Origin: Zygnema circumcarinatum SAG 698-1b
Taxonomy: Eukaryota > Plantae > Zygnematophyceae
Reading direction: 5' to 3'
Length of the DNA stretch: 64,000 bases
NCBI GenBank assembly: GCA_037447605.1
Contig: CM074818.1
Span: 2,182,617 to 2,246,616, forward strand
The position numbers and the translations under genes are program-made. The notes under the pieces are model-generated. The model had not been told where the DNA came from. It saw nothing but the letters and a program-made list of their open reading frames with translations, and did no database searches. Within the stretch, counting starts at the first letter, position 1, and every line of letters starts with the position of its first letter. Of the stretch, positions 11,816 to 25,800 are shown in pieces.

Positions 11816-14800
11816 TCAGTCTTGAAGGAGGAAAAAACTCTTCGTTCTGTTCAGCTGAAGCCAATTGCTGACTGCAGCTGTTTTAGCACTGACGGCACCC
11901 CTGTTCCCACGTTCATCCTTGAATGGAGAATTTAGCTCCTTCAAAATGGTCCTCACTTCATTTTTCACACTCGAATCCCTACCCTCGTGCTGAGTACTCC
12001 TTCCCCAGCCAGTGACGATTCTGACTTCTGATATACAAGTGTCAATATCGGAAAGGTCTTTGTGGAATGAAGACAGCTCGCAGGCCAGAACAGGTTTAAC
12101 TGCCAGAGGATGCAGGAAGTGGAGATCAATATCCTGTACATCCTTTCTACGAGACTGTACAGTACGATAGAAGCCAAGGCGACGGGCTTCTTTCCAAAGG
12201 CGCATGGCCCGTTTGCTCGAGTCTGACTTCTCCAAGAACGCCACAGTTATCCCAACCATTTGATTTCCTACTTCTGTCTTTTCAGACCTTAGTTTACACA
12301 AGTTGCTTTCAACTTCTTTCCAAAGCGCATCTTCTTCATATATTCCCTGCTTGGGCACGATGAGACCCGTTAGGGTTTCGTGCCACCAGTGCTGACTTGC
12401 CTCCATGCAGTCCACCAAGGTCCTGCAGCCTTCCTTTGTGTTACATTCCAAGCAAAACGTCATAAGCATCGCATAGGCGAGACTGTCTACTCCGCCTCCT
12501 TCATCGCGTAAGGTTTCCAAAAGTGATTTGGCGCTATCAAATAATCCTTCCTTCACGTAACCATGGAGCAGCGTTAAACATGCCTTCACAGGAAACTTTC
12601 CAATCGACTTCATGAGAGAAAGTTCTTTCTCAGCTTCGGAAAGGCGGCCCTGTCTGACGTGCCAATACATACGAACCCTAGAGAGTTCAATACCAAGTCT
12701 TTCTGCTTCATTCATCAAAACATCTACCATCTCCCTCTGATTTCGTTTGAAAAAAAAGTCTGTCAAAAGGAGGATTGTAGCAGAATCAGGCCGAATATCT
12801 CGTTCAACCATTTGGTGAAACAAATTCAGCGCCTTTTCAGCTTCGTTTACCTTGCAATATTGTGAGATCAGGTTATTGTAAACTACACTATTGAGAGGCA
12901 CCCCTCCTGAAGACATCTCTTCAAGCAAGGCTTCGGCCTTGCTCAGTTGCTTCATACTCCCGAACAGTCCGACCATCTCACTGCATACAAACTCGTTGGG
13001 GACGCAGTTGAATTTTTTCATGCTGCGGAAAATCTCCGTAGCCTCCAAAGGTCTCTCTGCTTGAACCAATGCTCTGATCAAAAGACTGGAAGTACTTGCA
13101 GGTCGAGACAACAAAGGAAGGGAGACGAAGGGAAAAAGGAAAGGAAGAAAGGAGGAGAAGGAGGAAAGGTCAATAAGTCATACATCAATGTAGCAAGTGC
13201 CTGCTGTCAATAAGGTCACAAATTATAACAAGCGACGCACATCCAAATACAAGCAAGCAGGAACTCAAGTAAAAATATCTGTGTTACAAAAAGATGACGT
13301 TCATTGGGGCAAAATTGATAGAACTGAGAAGCCAACTCAACCGAATTTCAATCAGAAGGATGATGCCAAATTTCAGCAGCATTCACATGTTGATCATTTT
13401 AAGAAGACGGCCATATACCTGAATGTGTGCGTGTCTGGAGCAACTCCCTCCGCCAACATCTTTCTGTAAACCGTCAACATGCTATCAATGCGCTGAGCAT
13501 CCGCGTAGGACTTCATGACATTCGTGAACTCAACAACATTGGGGGGCTTTCCAGTCAGTGAAAAGAAGTTCTTCAAGTATTCCTCCATCACAGCAAACTC
13601 TTTTGCTCTGCCTGCGATATTTATTAAGACTCCAACATGGGAGGGGCGCACTTTAAAGCCTGGCTGGCTTCTAAACCAATGATAAAAGCATTGCGCGAGC
13701 GAAATATTTCGATCTAAGCGCTGCAATATGCGCATAGCAGCAATGCCATCCACCTTCCCGTGCCAATACTTCAACTTCGCATTCACCAATTCTTGCAAGT
13801 CTTCCGAGACAATATTTACAGATCGTGTCCTTTGTGCGACTCTGATTTCATCAAGGAGAGAAAACACCCTATCCTTGAAAAAACAGTCTGTCAAAAGGAA
13901 GATTGTAGCAGGATTAGGCCGAATATCTCGTTCAACCATTTGGTGAAACAAATTCAGCGCCTTTTCAGCTTCGTTTACCTTGCAATATTGTGAGATCAGG
14001 TTATTGTAAACTACACTATTGAGAGGCACCCCTCCTGAAGACATCTCTTCAAGCAAGGCTTCGGCCTTGCTCAGTTGCTTCATACTCCCGAACAGTCCGA
14101 CCATCTCATTGCATACAAACTCGTTTGGGACGCAGTTGAATTTTTTCATGCTGCGGAAAATCTCCGCAGCCTCCAAAGGTTGCCGTGCTTGAACCAATGC
14201 TCTGATCAAGATACTGGAAGTACTTGCAGGTAAAGACAACAAAGGAAGGGGGAGAAAAGAAAGTAACGAAGGGAAAAAGGAAAGGAAGAAAGGAGGAGAA
14301 GGAGGAAAGGTAAATAAGTCATACATCAATGTAGCAAGTGCCTGCTGTCAATAAGGTCACAAATTATAACAAGCGACGCACATCCAAATACAAGCAAGCA
14401 GGAACTCAAGTAAAAATATCTGTGTTACAAAAAGATGACGTTCATTGGGGCAAAATTGATAGAACTGAGAAGCCAACTCAACCGAATTTCAATCAGAAGG
14501 ATGATGCCAAATTTCAGGAGCATTCACATGTTGATCATTTTTAGAAGACGGCCATATACCTGAATGTGTGCGTGCCTGGAGCAACTCCCTCCGCCAACAT
14601 CTTTCTGTAAACCGTCAACATGCTATCAATGCGCTGAGCATCCGCGTAGGACTTCATGACATTCGTGAACTCAATAACATTCGGGGGCTTTCCAGTCAGT
14701 GAAAAGTAGTTCTTCAAGTATTCCTCCATCACAGCAAACTCTTTTGCTCTGCCTGCGATATTTATTAAGACTCCAACATGGGAGGGGTGCACTTTAAAGC

Positions 14801-15350
14801 CTGGCTGGCTTCTAATCCAATGATAAAAGCATTGCGCGAGCGAAATATTTCGATCCAAGCGCTGCAATATGCGCATAGCAGCAACGCCATCCACCTTCCC
14901 GTGCCAATGCTTCAACTTCGCATTCACCAATTCTTGCAAGTCTTCCGAGACACTATTTACAGACCGTGTTCTTTGTGCGACTCTGATTTCATCAAGGAGA
15001 GAAAACACCCTATCCTTACATACATTCTCAAACACATTGTCTGAAGGATGCCTTGGAGTGTTCTGTCCACCTGCCTCCTTCACGCCTTGCAGCTTCTTAC
15101 CCTCCGCTACATGCTCACCCGCCTGCCGCAGTGCAGAGCCTTCTCTCAGCTTCAAATAGCGTGCAACGGCGCCGTCCTCTTTTGACAGCCATCCTGCTTT
15201 CAAGCTTTCGCCGCCATCGTCATGGAAAAGCGGCCGAGGAGCGCTCTCTGCGGCATGGCTGACGGACCGCGCGGCGAAGGCCTGCACAGAAGAGCGGCTG
15301 CAGAGGGCCTGCCACCGCCTTCGTGCCAACGCTCGCTGCAGAATAGCCAT
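11816..15350 (-). CDS. PPR protein with C-terminal SMR domain, internally duplicated (3 exons, 951 aa if all spliced)
   Basis: Exons 15350-14560, 14213-13419 and 13085-11816, joined by phase-2 GT-AG introns in frame. PPR-like repeats include PNVIEFTNVMKSY, PNEFVCSEMVGLF and NSVVYNNLISQY. SMR hallmarks are DIDLH, IVTGWGR, LKELNSPF, GNRGAV and SNWL. The N-terminus is Arg/Ala-rich and resembles an organellar targeting peptide. Confidence 0.88.
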
Positions 15351-15554
15351 GGCGGGTATCCTGCAGGTCTGGTCCAGAAGTCATTGAGCAATACTTGTCA
15401 CTCAGCCAGGTGTGCACCATCCCATAGCGGTGCAGATGTCTCCCTCCACAACGCCGTCAGAAGGTCGTTTATTGTGTCTGAGCCCCCCTGTTAACATATG
15501 CGAAAGGAGAGAGAAGAAATGATGGAACTGCGAACTAGAACTTCGAACAGAGAG

Positions 15555-15930
15555 AAAGAACCTTGAACCAACGAACGGCCACGATCGATCACAGGGCTAG
15601 TCGGAACATCCATAGCCGTCGATCGCCCACAGTTCCAAATTAGAAACACGACGGGACTAAACTGCGAACAGGGACAGAGAACTTTGAACCAACGAACGGC
15701 CACGATCGACCCCACGTTCAAAGCAACATCTTACCCGTCGAGTGTTCACAGATCAAAGCGAAAATACAACGGCCCTAAACTCCGAACATGGACATAGAAC
15801 CCCAAATTACAACGGGACTACAACTGCCAACAGAGGCAAGAACCTTGCAGAAATGAACGGCCACGATTGATCCCGCAATTGAACCAACATCCCATTCGTC
15901 GATTTGTCACCGATCCAACGGCCACGATCT
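15555..15930. repeat. Four degenerate repeats carrying AACGGCCACGAT in the divergent PPR-SMR / RPL9 intergenic region
   Basis: Core at 15574, 15695, 15856 and 15917. The first two units share ~40 bp at 121-bp spacing. Confidence 0.7.
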
Positions 15931-16075
15931 CCCTCCCTCCCCTCATATATTCCCCCACCCGCCCTCCCTCTCCCTCTCTCCCAGGCGGCCGCCGAAGCCC
16001 CCCCCTCCCTCACCGGAGGCGGACCCTGAAACCCTAACTCCTTAAACCCTAAAACCTTAAACCCCCGCCGTCGCC

Positions 16076-17691
16076 ATGAAGACCATCCTCGCTAGCGAGA
16101 CCATGCCCATCCCCCCCGAGGTGAAGCTCGAGATTAGGGCGAAGAAGATCCGTGTGAAGGGGCCACGTGGCGTGCTGACCCGCGACTTCAAGCACCTCAA
16201 CCTCGACCTGCAGCTCATAGAGGAGGCGGGCATTGAAGGGGAAGCGAAGAAGAAGCTGCTGAAGGTGGAGGCGTGGTTCGGGACCAGGAAGACCATGGCG
16301 TCCATCCGCACGACGCTGAGCCACGTGCAGAACTTGATCAAGGGGGTCACCAGGGGCTTCCGCTACAAGATGCGGTTCGTGTACGCGCATTTTCCGATCA
16401 ACGCGAGCATTACGGAGAAGAATGACGGAATCGAGATTCGGAACTTTTTGGGCGAGAAGAAGGTAGGGTTTAGGGTGAGGGGTTGGGGTTTTGGGTTTTT
16501 CGTAAGGGCGGGGGGGGGTGGGGGAGGTGAGGTTAGGATTTAGGGTTTCGAAGTTAGGGTTTTGGAGCTTTTTTTAAGGGTGCGGAGGGAGGCGGGTTCA
16601 GGGGTTAGGGTTCAGAGTTTTGAGGTTTTGCATGAGTGGGAGGGAAAGGTGGGTTTAGGGTAGAGAGTTTTGGGGGTTTTGGTGGGGGATATTGTTGGGT
16701 GGAGGGTTTGAGTAGTTATTTGGGCGAGAGGACTGTCGGAGGGAAAATTAGGGTTTCGCGGCATTTAGGGTTCGAAGGGGGGTTAGGTTTTCCAAGGTTT
16801 TCACGGATTTTTGTTCGCAGAGTCTTATAGAGAGAGAGAGAGAGTGAGAGAGAGAGAGAGACCGAGAGAGAGTGTGGGTGTGGGAGTGAGGGTAGGATGA
16901 GGGAAATTTAGGGTTCGTAGGTACTTGAATATGATGGTTTAAGGAGAGTATGATTTGGGAAGGTATTAGGGTCAGAATGTCGCAGAGGTTTAGGGTTCAG
17001 AAGGTGCGGGGTGCTGGGTGATTCTTTGTGCTTTTCGTATAACTCAGGCTGCCTATTATTTATTTTAATTGTAATTGCTTTTAGGGTTTGTTTGTTTTTG
17101 GATGTCTGTCTGACTTACTCAGGAAGTAGTCAGGATGAATTTCATGATGGTGGAGATTAGAGAGGGCCCCTGCATCCGAAACAGTCGTGAACTCTTAAAA
17201 GTCTCAAAACTCTCATACTTGACATACAGAATATCTCTATCTCTCTCACTCTCATTGAAGGATTTGGGGTATAGAGCTGTAGAACCCCTGCGACTTTTTC
17301 ATTGCTCTATTTTTTTTGCCACTGTAAGGCCTTGAGCGTTTTAGGGCCCAATGGGTTTTATGTTGGTTTTAGAACTTGGGTAACGGAGGGGCTTTATGTG
17401 TTAGAGTTATATGTATCTGAAATTGTATAATGTGAACTGTAACTTAACTGTATGTATTTGTATCATGCATCACGTCAACTAGCAGCATTTCAGGTCAGCA
17501 GTCGATTAAGGTAGGATGTCACCTGGAGAATGGCAAGTTTCTTTTGCAGGAATTTGGCACTTTTGAACATGTATTAAATTGTTTTTACCTCAAAAGTATG
17601 GGTCCCACCTTCCTCTCACATCATGTCCCCTATCTGTGCTCATTTCTCACTTCTTGATACTCAATTAGTGGGAATATACCATAGGGAGAGC

Positions 17692-17733
<42 letters not shown>

Positions 17734-18664
17734 TAAGTGATGAAAGAGAGAGATAGGATACCTCACTGTGCTCTAATTTTGACCATACTCCACAAATTTC
17801 TCTAATATCCCTGATACACTTTTGTTAGTGACTGAAGAGATTTTCTGTGTTTGCCCATCCCCACACTCTCACACTCTCCCTCACCTCCCTCCCACCCTCG
17901 CGTGCTCTCCCACTTCCCTCTCTGCCTCTCTCCCCCCCCTCTCCTTTCTCACCTATTTTCTCTCTTTCCTTTCCTTTCTCTTTCCTTTCCGGAGGAGCAG
18001 GTCCGAAGGGTGCACATGCTCAATGGCGTGTCGGTGACAAGGTCTGAAAAGGTGAAGGACGAGTTGGTCTTGGAAGGAAACGACATCGAATTGGTTTCCC
18101 GTTCCGCTGCTCTCATCAACCAGGTAATTCACAGAAACAGAGAGGAGAGGAGAGCAGAAGAGAGAAAGAGGCCATGATCACCTTGAAAATTGCTTTCCTA
18201 TTCTCGCATCTCTCTTCTCTCTTTCCATTCTTCTCTACTGTATGTTCTCTCGCTTTTCGCCTCCCTCTGCTCCCTTTCCTCGTCTCCTCACCTCCTTCTT
18301 TCCCTCCCTGCTCTCCTGATTTATCTCCCCTCTCGTGATGTTCTTCTTTCGCTCGTGCTCTTCTCCTCACCCTGTCCCCTCCCCCCTCGCCCCCCTCGCC
18401 GATCTCTCCCCCCCTTTCTTCTCCACCTCCGCTCACCCTTGTGCACCCTCTCATACCTCGTCCTCATTTCGCTTTCTATTCCCAGCCCCTTACAAGTCAT
18501 CAAGCAAGTTCCCACCCCTCCATACAAACGTCGATATCTCAAAGCTTTCCCCCTTCCCCCTGTCTGCATTGCAGGTGTGCCATGTGAAGAAGAAGGATAT
18601 CCGGAAGTTCTTGGATGGTATCTATGTGAGTGAGAAGGGACTGAATGAGGAGGTGGAGGCATAG
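16076..18664 (+). CDS. RPL9: 60S ribosomal protein L9 (uL6), 3 exons, 199 aa
   Basis: Exons 16076-16462, 18001-18123 and 18575-18664, all phase 0. Motifs [46 protein letters not shown] and [24 protein letters not shown] telo-boxes lie just upstream. Confidence 0.97.
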
Positions 18665-19454
18665 GGCGGAGGATGAGTTTTGGGGCGCGCTTGTGTAACC
18701 ATACCATGAATGAAAAGAAAGAAAGCGAGTGTCCTTCCTTTCGGGAGAAGCTATGTGTGAGCTTGGGGGGCATGTATGGCTTCTGATGGGGTACGGCCCT
18801 CATGTGTGCTCTCACATATACTGTCCGTGGAGTGTCACAAGCCTATTGTGGCATGATGGGTTATAATCAGGGTGTTTCTTTAGTAGATTCAATAGTAGAT
18901 TCAAATCAGTAGGAGAGCTCTCACTCTCCCACACTCATCTCGCCCGTCCGCCTTTACTCCCTCACTCCCCCCCGCCCCCCCACCTACCTCTCCCTCTACC
19001 CCCCACCCTCTTGCTCGTCCCTCCCTCCAGTATCTCCTCTCTTCCACTCCCTTTGCTCTCTACCATCTCTGTCTTCTTATGTTGTGGTTGTTGATCATTA
19101 CCATTCCAGGGCTGTTCCGGGTCACTTCTTGAGCCGGATACCCATGCGCGGTCACTCGAACGACAGCATATCGTCGATACATCGTCTGTCCGTAGATGTG
19201 TCATTGCGTGCTTGAAAACCTTTCATGTGGGTGCAAGATCGACGGCAGGAAATGTTGATGGACTCCTTGTTCGATTTCATCGCACAGCCCAAAACGTTTC
19301 GTTGTTTTGATGGGGTCCATCGCGTGCATGGGTCGACCATGCCCTTTGCATCCCTCCGCCCTATGGAATCGATAGGGGCCCACCAACTCTGCCGTCGGGA
19401 AGGGGAGGGCTGCCATTGCGACCCTCTGAAGGCAGAATGCGTCCCACACAGTAA

Positions 19455-19650
19455 TCCGATACAGCCGATACACTCGATACAGTTAGTACATCCGGTACAA
19501 TTACTACAATCGATATAATTGATAACACCAATGTAATCGATACATTCGACAAATCCAGTGCAGTAGATATATCCAATATAGTCGATATAGACGATACATA
19601 TGGCATATTCGATACACTTGGTACATCCGGTATAGTCGATACAGACGGTA
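19455..19650. repeat. Degenerate 9-bp minisatellite (cgatacaNt-like)
   Basis: Clear 9-nt periodicity, e.g. ccgatacag ccgatacac tcgatacag. Confidence 0.75.
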
Positions 19651-19800
19651 AAGACCTAGGTCTAGACCCGTAAGCCTGCAGACATTCCACGGTTCCTCTC
19701 TTCTCTCTCTCTCTCTCTCTCTCTCCATATTCAACACCCCAATTTAGAGTCCCCACCGCCCTCCCCCCCCTAAAGTGGAATCCATTGTTTAGCTCCTCCC

Positions 19801-20181
19801 ATGGCCTCCCTCGCACCAAAGCTTTTACCCGATTCCACCTCCATCGAATTACACAGTACCCAAAAACGTAAAACGTTAGGATCCACTCTGAGCAGAAAGG
19901 TTGATCTTCCTCAACAAAATATAAACCTTTTTTCAAATTTCCGAATTTCGGCGAACACGAATTGGGCCTCTCGAAAGTTGGGTCACCGAAATTGTCGAAT
20001 TTTATCGTCCCTTCTACCGCTGGAATTAGGGCAGAAATTAGGGCTAACTTTAGGGCAAACTCTGGGGCAAAATTTAGGGTTGACTTTAGGGCGAAAATTA
20101 GGGCTAAGGGCAGCTGCAGGCTTTGTTAAGCAATTGGAAAATGAGAGGAAAGAAGAAGAAGAATTAGAGGACGGTGTTGAA

Positions 20182-20224
<43 letters not shown>

Positions 20225-21549
20225 TCGAGGAGTTTGATGATGAAAATTCGGAAGATGATGCAGAGAGAGAAAAAGTGATGTTAAGAAAGGCGGCGCAGCC
20301 CACCAAGTTAAGGAGGTTTCCTCTTTTGGGGAATAAAGAGAAGAAGGAGCTGCGGGCCTTTGCGCATCAGTTGGGGAAAAAGCTCAAAATGCAGCAGGTG
20401 CGAAATGCTGCAGAAAATCATGTGGGGTTTTGGGGTTTTTGAGGGTTCAGGGTTCTGGTGGTTTAGGGTTTTAGGTTTAAGGGTTTTAGGTCCTTATCTT
20501 GTCATTTTATGACGGTACTGACGTCTGCAAAACGCAGGTCGGAAAATGGGGCGTGTCGGCAACAGTTCTGACATCCATCAGTGACGCCTTGGAAGCAAAT
20601 GAGATTCTCAAGGTGAGGATGGAGAGAGAGAGCGAGAGAGGGGGAGGGGGGAGGTGGGAGGGGGAGGGAGGAGGGAGAGAGAGAGGGGGAGGGCGGAGGT
20701 GGGAGGGGGAGGGAGGAGGGAGAGAAAGGGGAGGGGGGGAGAGAGAGAGGAGGGGGAAGGTGGGAGGGGGAGGGAGGAGGGAGAGAGAGAGGGGGAGGGG
20801 GGAGGTGGGAGGCGGAGGGAGAAGGGAGAGAGAGAGAGGGGGAAGTGGGGGGAAAGGGGGAGGAGAGAGGAGATGAAGGGGGGGGGTGGGTGGCTGTCAG
20901 AGGTAAGGAATGGAGTTAGTCTAGAGAATAGGTAGAGATCGAGGTAGAAGTAGCGGTAGAGCTAGACGTCGAGATAAATTCAGATAGTAGAGGCAGAGCA
21001 AAAATGCAAAGCCCCATGGAGGTAGAGGGACTGGTACAGGTACAAGCAGAGGGAGACGCAGAGGTATAGATGGATCCTTAATATAGTGGTAGAGGTAGAG
21101 GGCCAGGGGCAGAAGCGGGAGAGGGAGAGGTAGAGGTAGTGGGAGGAGAGGGAGGGAGGGGGAAAGCCGGAAAGCCGGTAGACCCCTAGGGTCTGTGTGG
21201 AACTGCCACCCCTTACTGGATAACCTAACTCTAGCTCTAACTGCAACTGAAACTCTAAACTATAACTGTACTTGACCCCTCCATGGAACTCCTTCCTCAG
21301 GTGAAGGTGCTTGACAGCTGCCCCGGCGAGGTAGAGGAGGTGGTAGTGCTGCTGGAGGAGGAGACGGAGGGGCAGGTGGTAGGGAAGGTGGGGAGGACTC
21401 TCCTCCTCTACCGTCCGAGCCTCACAAAGATGGCAGAGACGAAAGCAGCTCAGCAGAGGGAGGAGAGGAGGGCGGGAGAGGAGAGGAGGGAGAGGCGCCG
21501 ATCGTCTCCCGCAGCTTCGAGAGGGAGAGGGGTAGGCTTCTCCTGCTAG
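19801..21549 (+). CDS. Single CRM (CRS1/YhbY) domain RNA-binding protein, probably organellar
   Basis: Exons 19801-20397, 20538-20612 and 21301-21549 (a further 3' exon near 22054 is possible). CRM signature KKELRAFAH...QVGKWGVS...DALEANEILKVKV...GQVVGKVGRTLLLYR. There is an acidic poly-Asp tract (gat)n at 20181-20223. Confidence 0.85.
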
Positions 21550-22883
21550 TTCTCATCTTTTTTTCTCCCTCTCCCCTTCTCCCTTCTTCCTCCTCGTCAT
21601 CTCCCCTTCTTCACCTCGTCCTCCTCCTGCTCGTGCTGCTCCCTCCCTTCTCCTCCTCCTGCTTCGCCTCCTCCCTCCTTTCTTCTTCTCCTCTCCCTCC
21701 CTCTCTCTCTCTCTCTCCCATTTCAATCCCCCTCTCCCTTTCCTGTCTCGTCCACTCTCCTCTTCGTTCCCCTTACTGGCTCTTCCTTTTGCCTCACTTT
21801 ATGCCACTCTTCTTCTCTCTGTCCCTCTTTTCCGCTCTCCCTCTATGCCCTTGTCTTCCCTCCTTTCACCTCTCGCTCTCTCCCCCCCTCTCTCCCCCTC
21901 TCTCTCTCCCTCTCTCCCTCTCCCTTTCTCTCTCTCCCTCTCTCTCTTTCTCTCTCCCTTCCCCCCTCTTTCTCTCTCTACCTTTTTGTCCCCCTTCCGC
22001 GCTCTGTCTTTTGTGTCAGAAAATTCAACCTCTGTTCTCTCTCTCTCTTTCAGAATCGAAGTAAATGAAAAAAATTGTAACCACAAACCTTTGGTTTTTG
22101 GGGCTCTCGGGTTTATCGAATTTTGAACAGAGATCGCGCCGTGACTGACTGCTCCAACATGGAACAACGCTCCACAGTACGGCGTGGTTCAGGGTTATGG
22201 ATTTAAGGGAGGGTTTAGGGTTTCGGGTTTAAGGTCACCGTTACCACTCTCTGACTAATTTTCACGGCCTTTTTAAATGCCATGTTTTAATTTGCCATTT
22301 TTTGGAGTGCAAGTTAAAAAAAAAAAAATCACATGTCACATGTAGCCCGATTTACGGTTATTTGGTGAACGGAGAACTGGACTGTGGGTTTACATGTGAG
22401 AGTCTTTGATGTATGCCTCCACATCTGACTAACTGAGTGAGTCGTTGGCCTGACCAGCTTGGTTAGTCGGCTAACTGTTTCCACTCCGATACCGCGATAA
22501 TATCGAGATATGAGGCCACTTGGCATTCGAATTCACACTAACACCGACACCAAAAAAAGATCAAAATCTGAGGCAAAAAACCCAATTTGAGATTTGACCG
22601 TGAAAGCCCCCAAAACCATGAAAAAAGAAGGAAAATGATACAGCCNNNNNNNNNNTCCCCCCCCCCCCCCCCCCCAACCTCCCCCTCTCCTGCTTTGGCT
22701 CCTTCCCAGACTCCCCAATGTTGCAGACGCGACAAAAAGCGCCGAAATGTAAACCTGCCAAAAGTCAAAACCCTAATTTTTTGGGTTCAGAAATTGATGC
22801 CGTTAGGCGTTGACTGAACGGATGGATCCATTCTTTGGCGTTTTGTGAAAAAACTTAAAAAGCGTTTTTGGAACGTTTTGAAA

Positions 22884-25800
22884 ATGGGGTGCGCGGTGAC
22901 CAAAGCGGAGTGGTCTGGGAAAAAGTCAAAGTCAACGGGACAGGGAGCGGCGGTGGCGGCGGCGGCGGCGGCTGCGGCGGCGGTGGCGCCGCTTCCTGAT
23001 TCGAATACTAAAGTAGGAATGGGGCTGAAAGGTGGGAACCTTTTTTTTCCCCTTGGTTTCTTATTATCATTATTAGTTGAATTTCTGAATTTATCTTGGC
23101 CATTCTTAATAATGTGGGCTTTGAGATTGGACCAAAAGGGAAAAAAAAAAGAAAAAAAAGGGGGGGTGGGACAAAAAAACCACTTTTGGCACGTCATGTC
23201 ACGTCATATTTTTTTCCTAATGTGACACTGACGCTGACGGATGCTGATGCTGACGTCAGCAGACCCCGGCCTTGCCCCCTCGCTGACGTCATTCTCGCTG
23301 GAGGAACTGCAGCGCGCCACGTGTCGGTTTAGCGCGGCGCGCGTGCTCGGCGAGGGCGGGTTCGGGCGCGTGTACAAGGGCCGCCTGCCGCCGGGCGGGG
23401 GCGGGGCCGCGGGGGGGCGGGAGGTGGCCGTCAAGAAGCTCGACCGCCATGGCTTCCAGGGGCCGGACCAGTGGCGGGTGAGGGGAGGGGGAGAGAGGGG
23501 GGTGGGCAGTATAAGGTGGGGGAGAGGGAGGGGGGGGGGGTAATGGCGAGCGTTTGAAAGGGGGGGGGGGAGGGGGGGTGGTTAGGGTTTAGGGTTTGTC
23601 AGGGGGGGATGGGGTTTAGGGTTTAAGGTTTGAAAAGGGAGCGGGGTGTATAGGTTTAGGGTTTAGGGTTTGACAGGGTGGGATGGGGTTTAGGGTTTAG
23701 GGTTTAAGGTTTGGAAAGGGGGGGTGTGGGATTTTAGGGTTTAGGGTCCGAAAGGGGAAGGGGGGTGGGTGTTAGGGTTTGACGGAGGTTGCTGGAGCTT
23801 ACAGTTCGGGGCGTTAGGAAGCTTTAGGGTGTTTTGGACGGGTTGGGGGGGGGGTTTAGAGTTTAGGGTTTAGGGTTTAGGGTCTCTTATGGAGATTGAA
23901 GGGATGGTTTACGGCTCCGGAGGGTTTGGGGGTTGACGGGGGTTTGGGTTCAGGATCTTTAGGGCTTTGAATTTTAGGATAGAGACTCTTTCGACGAGCT
24001 TAGAGTTTATGGGTAGGGTTTTAGGGTTAGGTCTTCTTTAGGGTTTGCAGACGGTTTCAGATTTTAAACTTCTGCAGTCTTTTGGGATTCGTTTTCACTC
24101 AGATGCAATGACTTATGAATATATTTATATGTATTTAAATATATATTTTTTTGGGTGCGAATGCAGCAAGAAATCCGAGTTTTGGCGCAGTTCAAGCACC
24201 CAAACCTCGTTCAACTCGTCGGCTTTTGCGAGACCGGGAGGGAGCGACTTTTGGTGTACGAGTTTGTGGCCAATGGGAGCCTCGACTTCCACCTCTTCGG
24301 TGGGTTAAAAAACCTATCTCAACATCATCCTTTATGGTGAGTAAAATTAGGTCAAAAAACTGATGTTGAGAAAAATGAAAAACGAAAAGATTTTTTTTTA
24401 GGGTTTTTAGGGTCCTTAAGGCTCCTCGTGGTTTTTTTAGGGTTGTTGAGCTCCTTAGGGTTTGCTCATCCCTCAAAAGACGTCTACTCTCTTTAGAGAT
24501 CTTTTAGGGTGTTTTGGGTTTTTAGGGGGTTTAGGGCCTTAAAATTTTCAGGTTCGTTCTCTTTCTCTCCCTCTCTCTCTCTCTCTCTCTTCCTCTCCCA
24601 ATGTTTTGTAGGTTTTGAAGGTTTTTAGAATCTATGGTTTGTAAGGTTTTAAGGGCTTAGAGATGTTTACGGAGTTTAGGGCTTTCCCATGATAGAAAAA
24701 AAAAGGGGGTTTTAGGGCTCCTGCCCATACAAAAATCCAAGCTTTCATTAAGACTCCTTTGGCCCTTTAATTTTTTTCCCTGCCCTTCAACATTTTTTGA
24801 GTTCTTTGATGGTATTAAGATTGTCAACGTTATAAAGTGCCTCTGCTTGCAATGCAGAGAACGATCAGAAACCACTTTCATGGGACACGCGAGTTCAAAT
24901 TCTTCTTGATGCGGCAAAAGGGCTCGCCTTCCTGCACGCGAACAGTGTGGTGCACAGAGACTTGAAGGCGCCCAACATTCTCTTGGACAGGGTGAGGATG
25001 ACTTGTCACGAATTCAACTAGAACTTTCTTCCTCTCTCCCTCTCTCCCTCTCTCCCTCTCTCCCTCTCTCCCTCTCTCCCTCTGTCCCTCTCTCCCTCTG
25101 TCCCTCTCTCCTCTCTCCCTCTCTCTCCCTCTCTCCCTCTCTCCCTCTCTCCTCTCTCCCTCCTCTCCCTCTCTCCCTCTCTCCCTCTCTCCCTCTCTCC
25201 CTCTCTCCCTCTCTCCCTCTCTCCTCTCCCTCGCTCCCTCTCTCCCTCTCCCTCTCTCCCTATCTCCCTCTCTCCCTCTGTCCCTCTGTCCCTCTCTCCC
25301 TCTCTCCCTCTCTGCCTCTCTCCCTCTCTCCCTCTCTCCCTCACCCCCCCCTCCATTCTCCCCCTTATGCTCCCTCCCTCTCATTCTCTCTCTTTCTCTC
25401 TCTCCCTTTGGCTCTCGCCCAGGTTTTTGAGGGTTTTTAGGGTCACTGAGATCTCTCTCTTGTGCGTAATTTCATGCACCCGCGGAAGGAGGAAGGCAAG
25501 GCCCCTATTTACACTTGTGTAGACTTGTTGGCCTCTATTTGAGCAGGAATTTCACGCGAAGTTGGCGGATTTTGGACTTGCAAAGGAGATCGGAAGTAAA
25601 ACTCACTGCACCACGAGAGTGTTGGGAAGCTTAGGCTACATGGACCCTGCATACATGGCAACAGGTAGCTCAACTGCTCTCCTCATGCCTCACTTCAAGC
25701 CCTCCTTTCCCCTCTCTCCCTCTCGCCCTCTCTCCCTCTCCCCCACTCTCCCTCTCGCCCTCTCTCCCTCTCCCCCTCTCTCCCTCTCGCCCTCTCTCCC

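Noticed and set aside
19140-19450. Possible small gene between RPL9 and the CRM gene
   Set aside because: Short ORFs on both strands with no recognisable motif or convincing splice structure.
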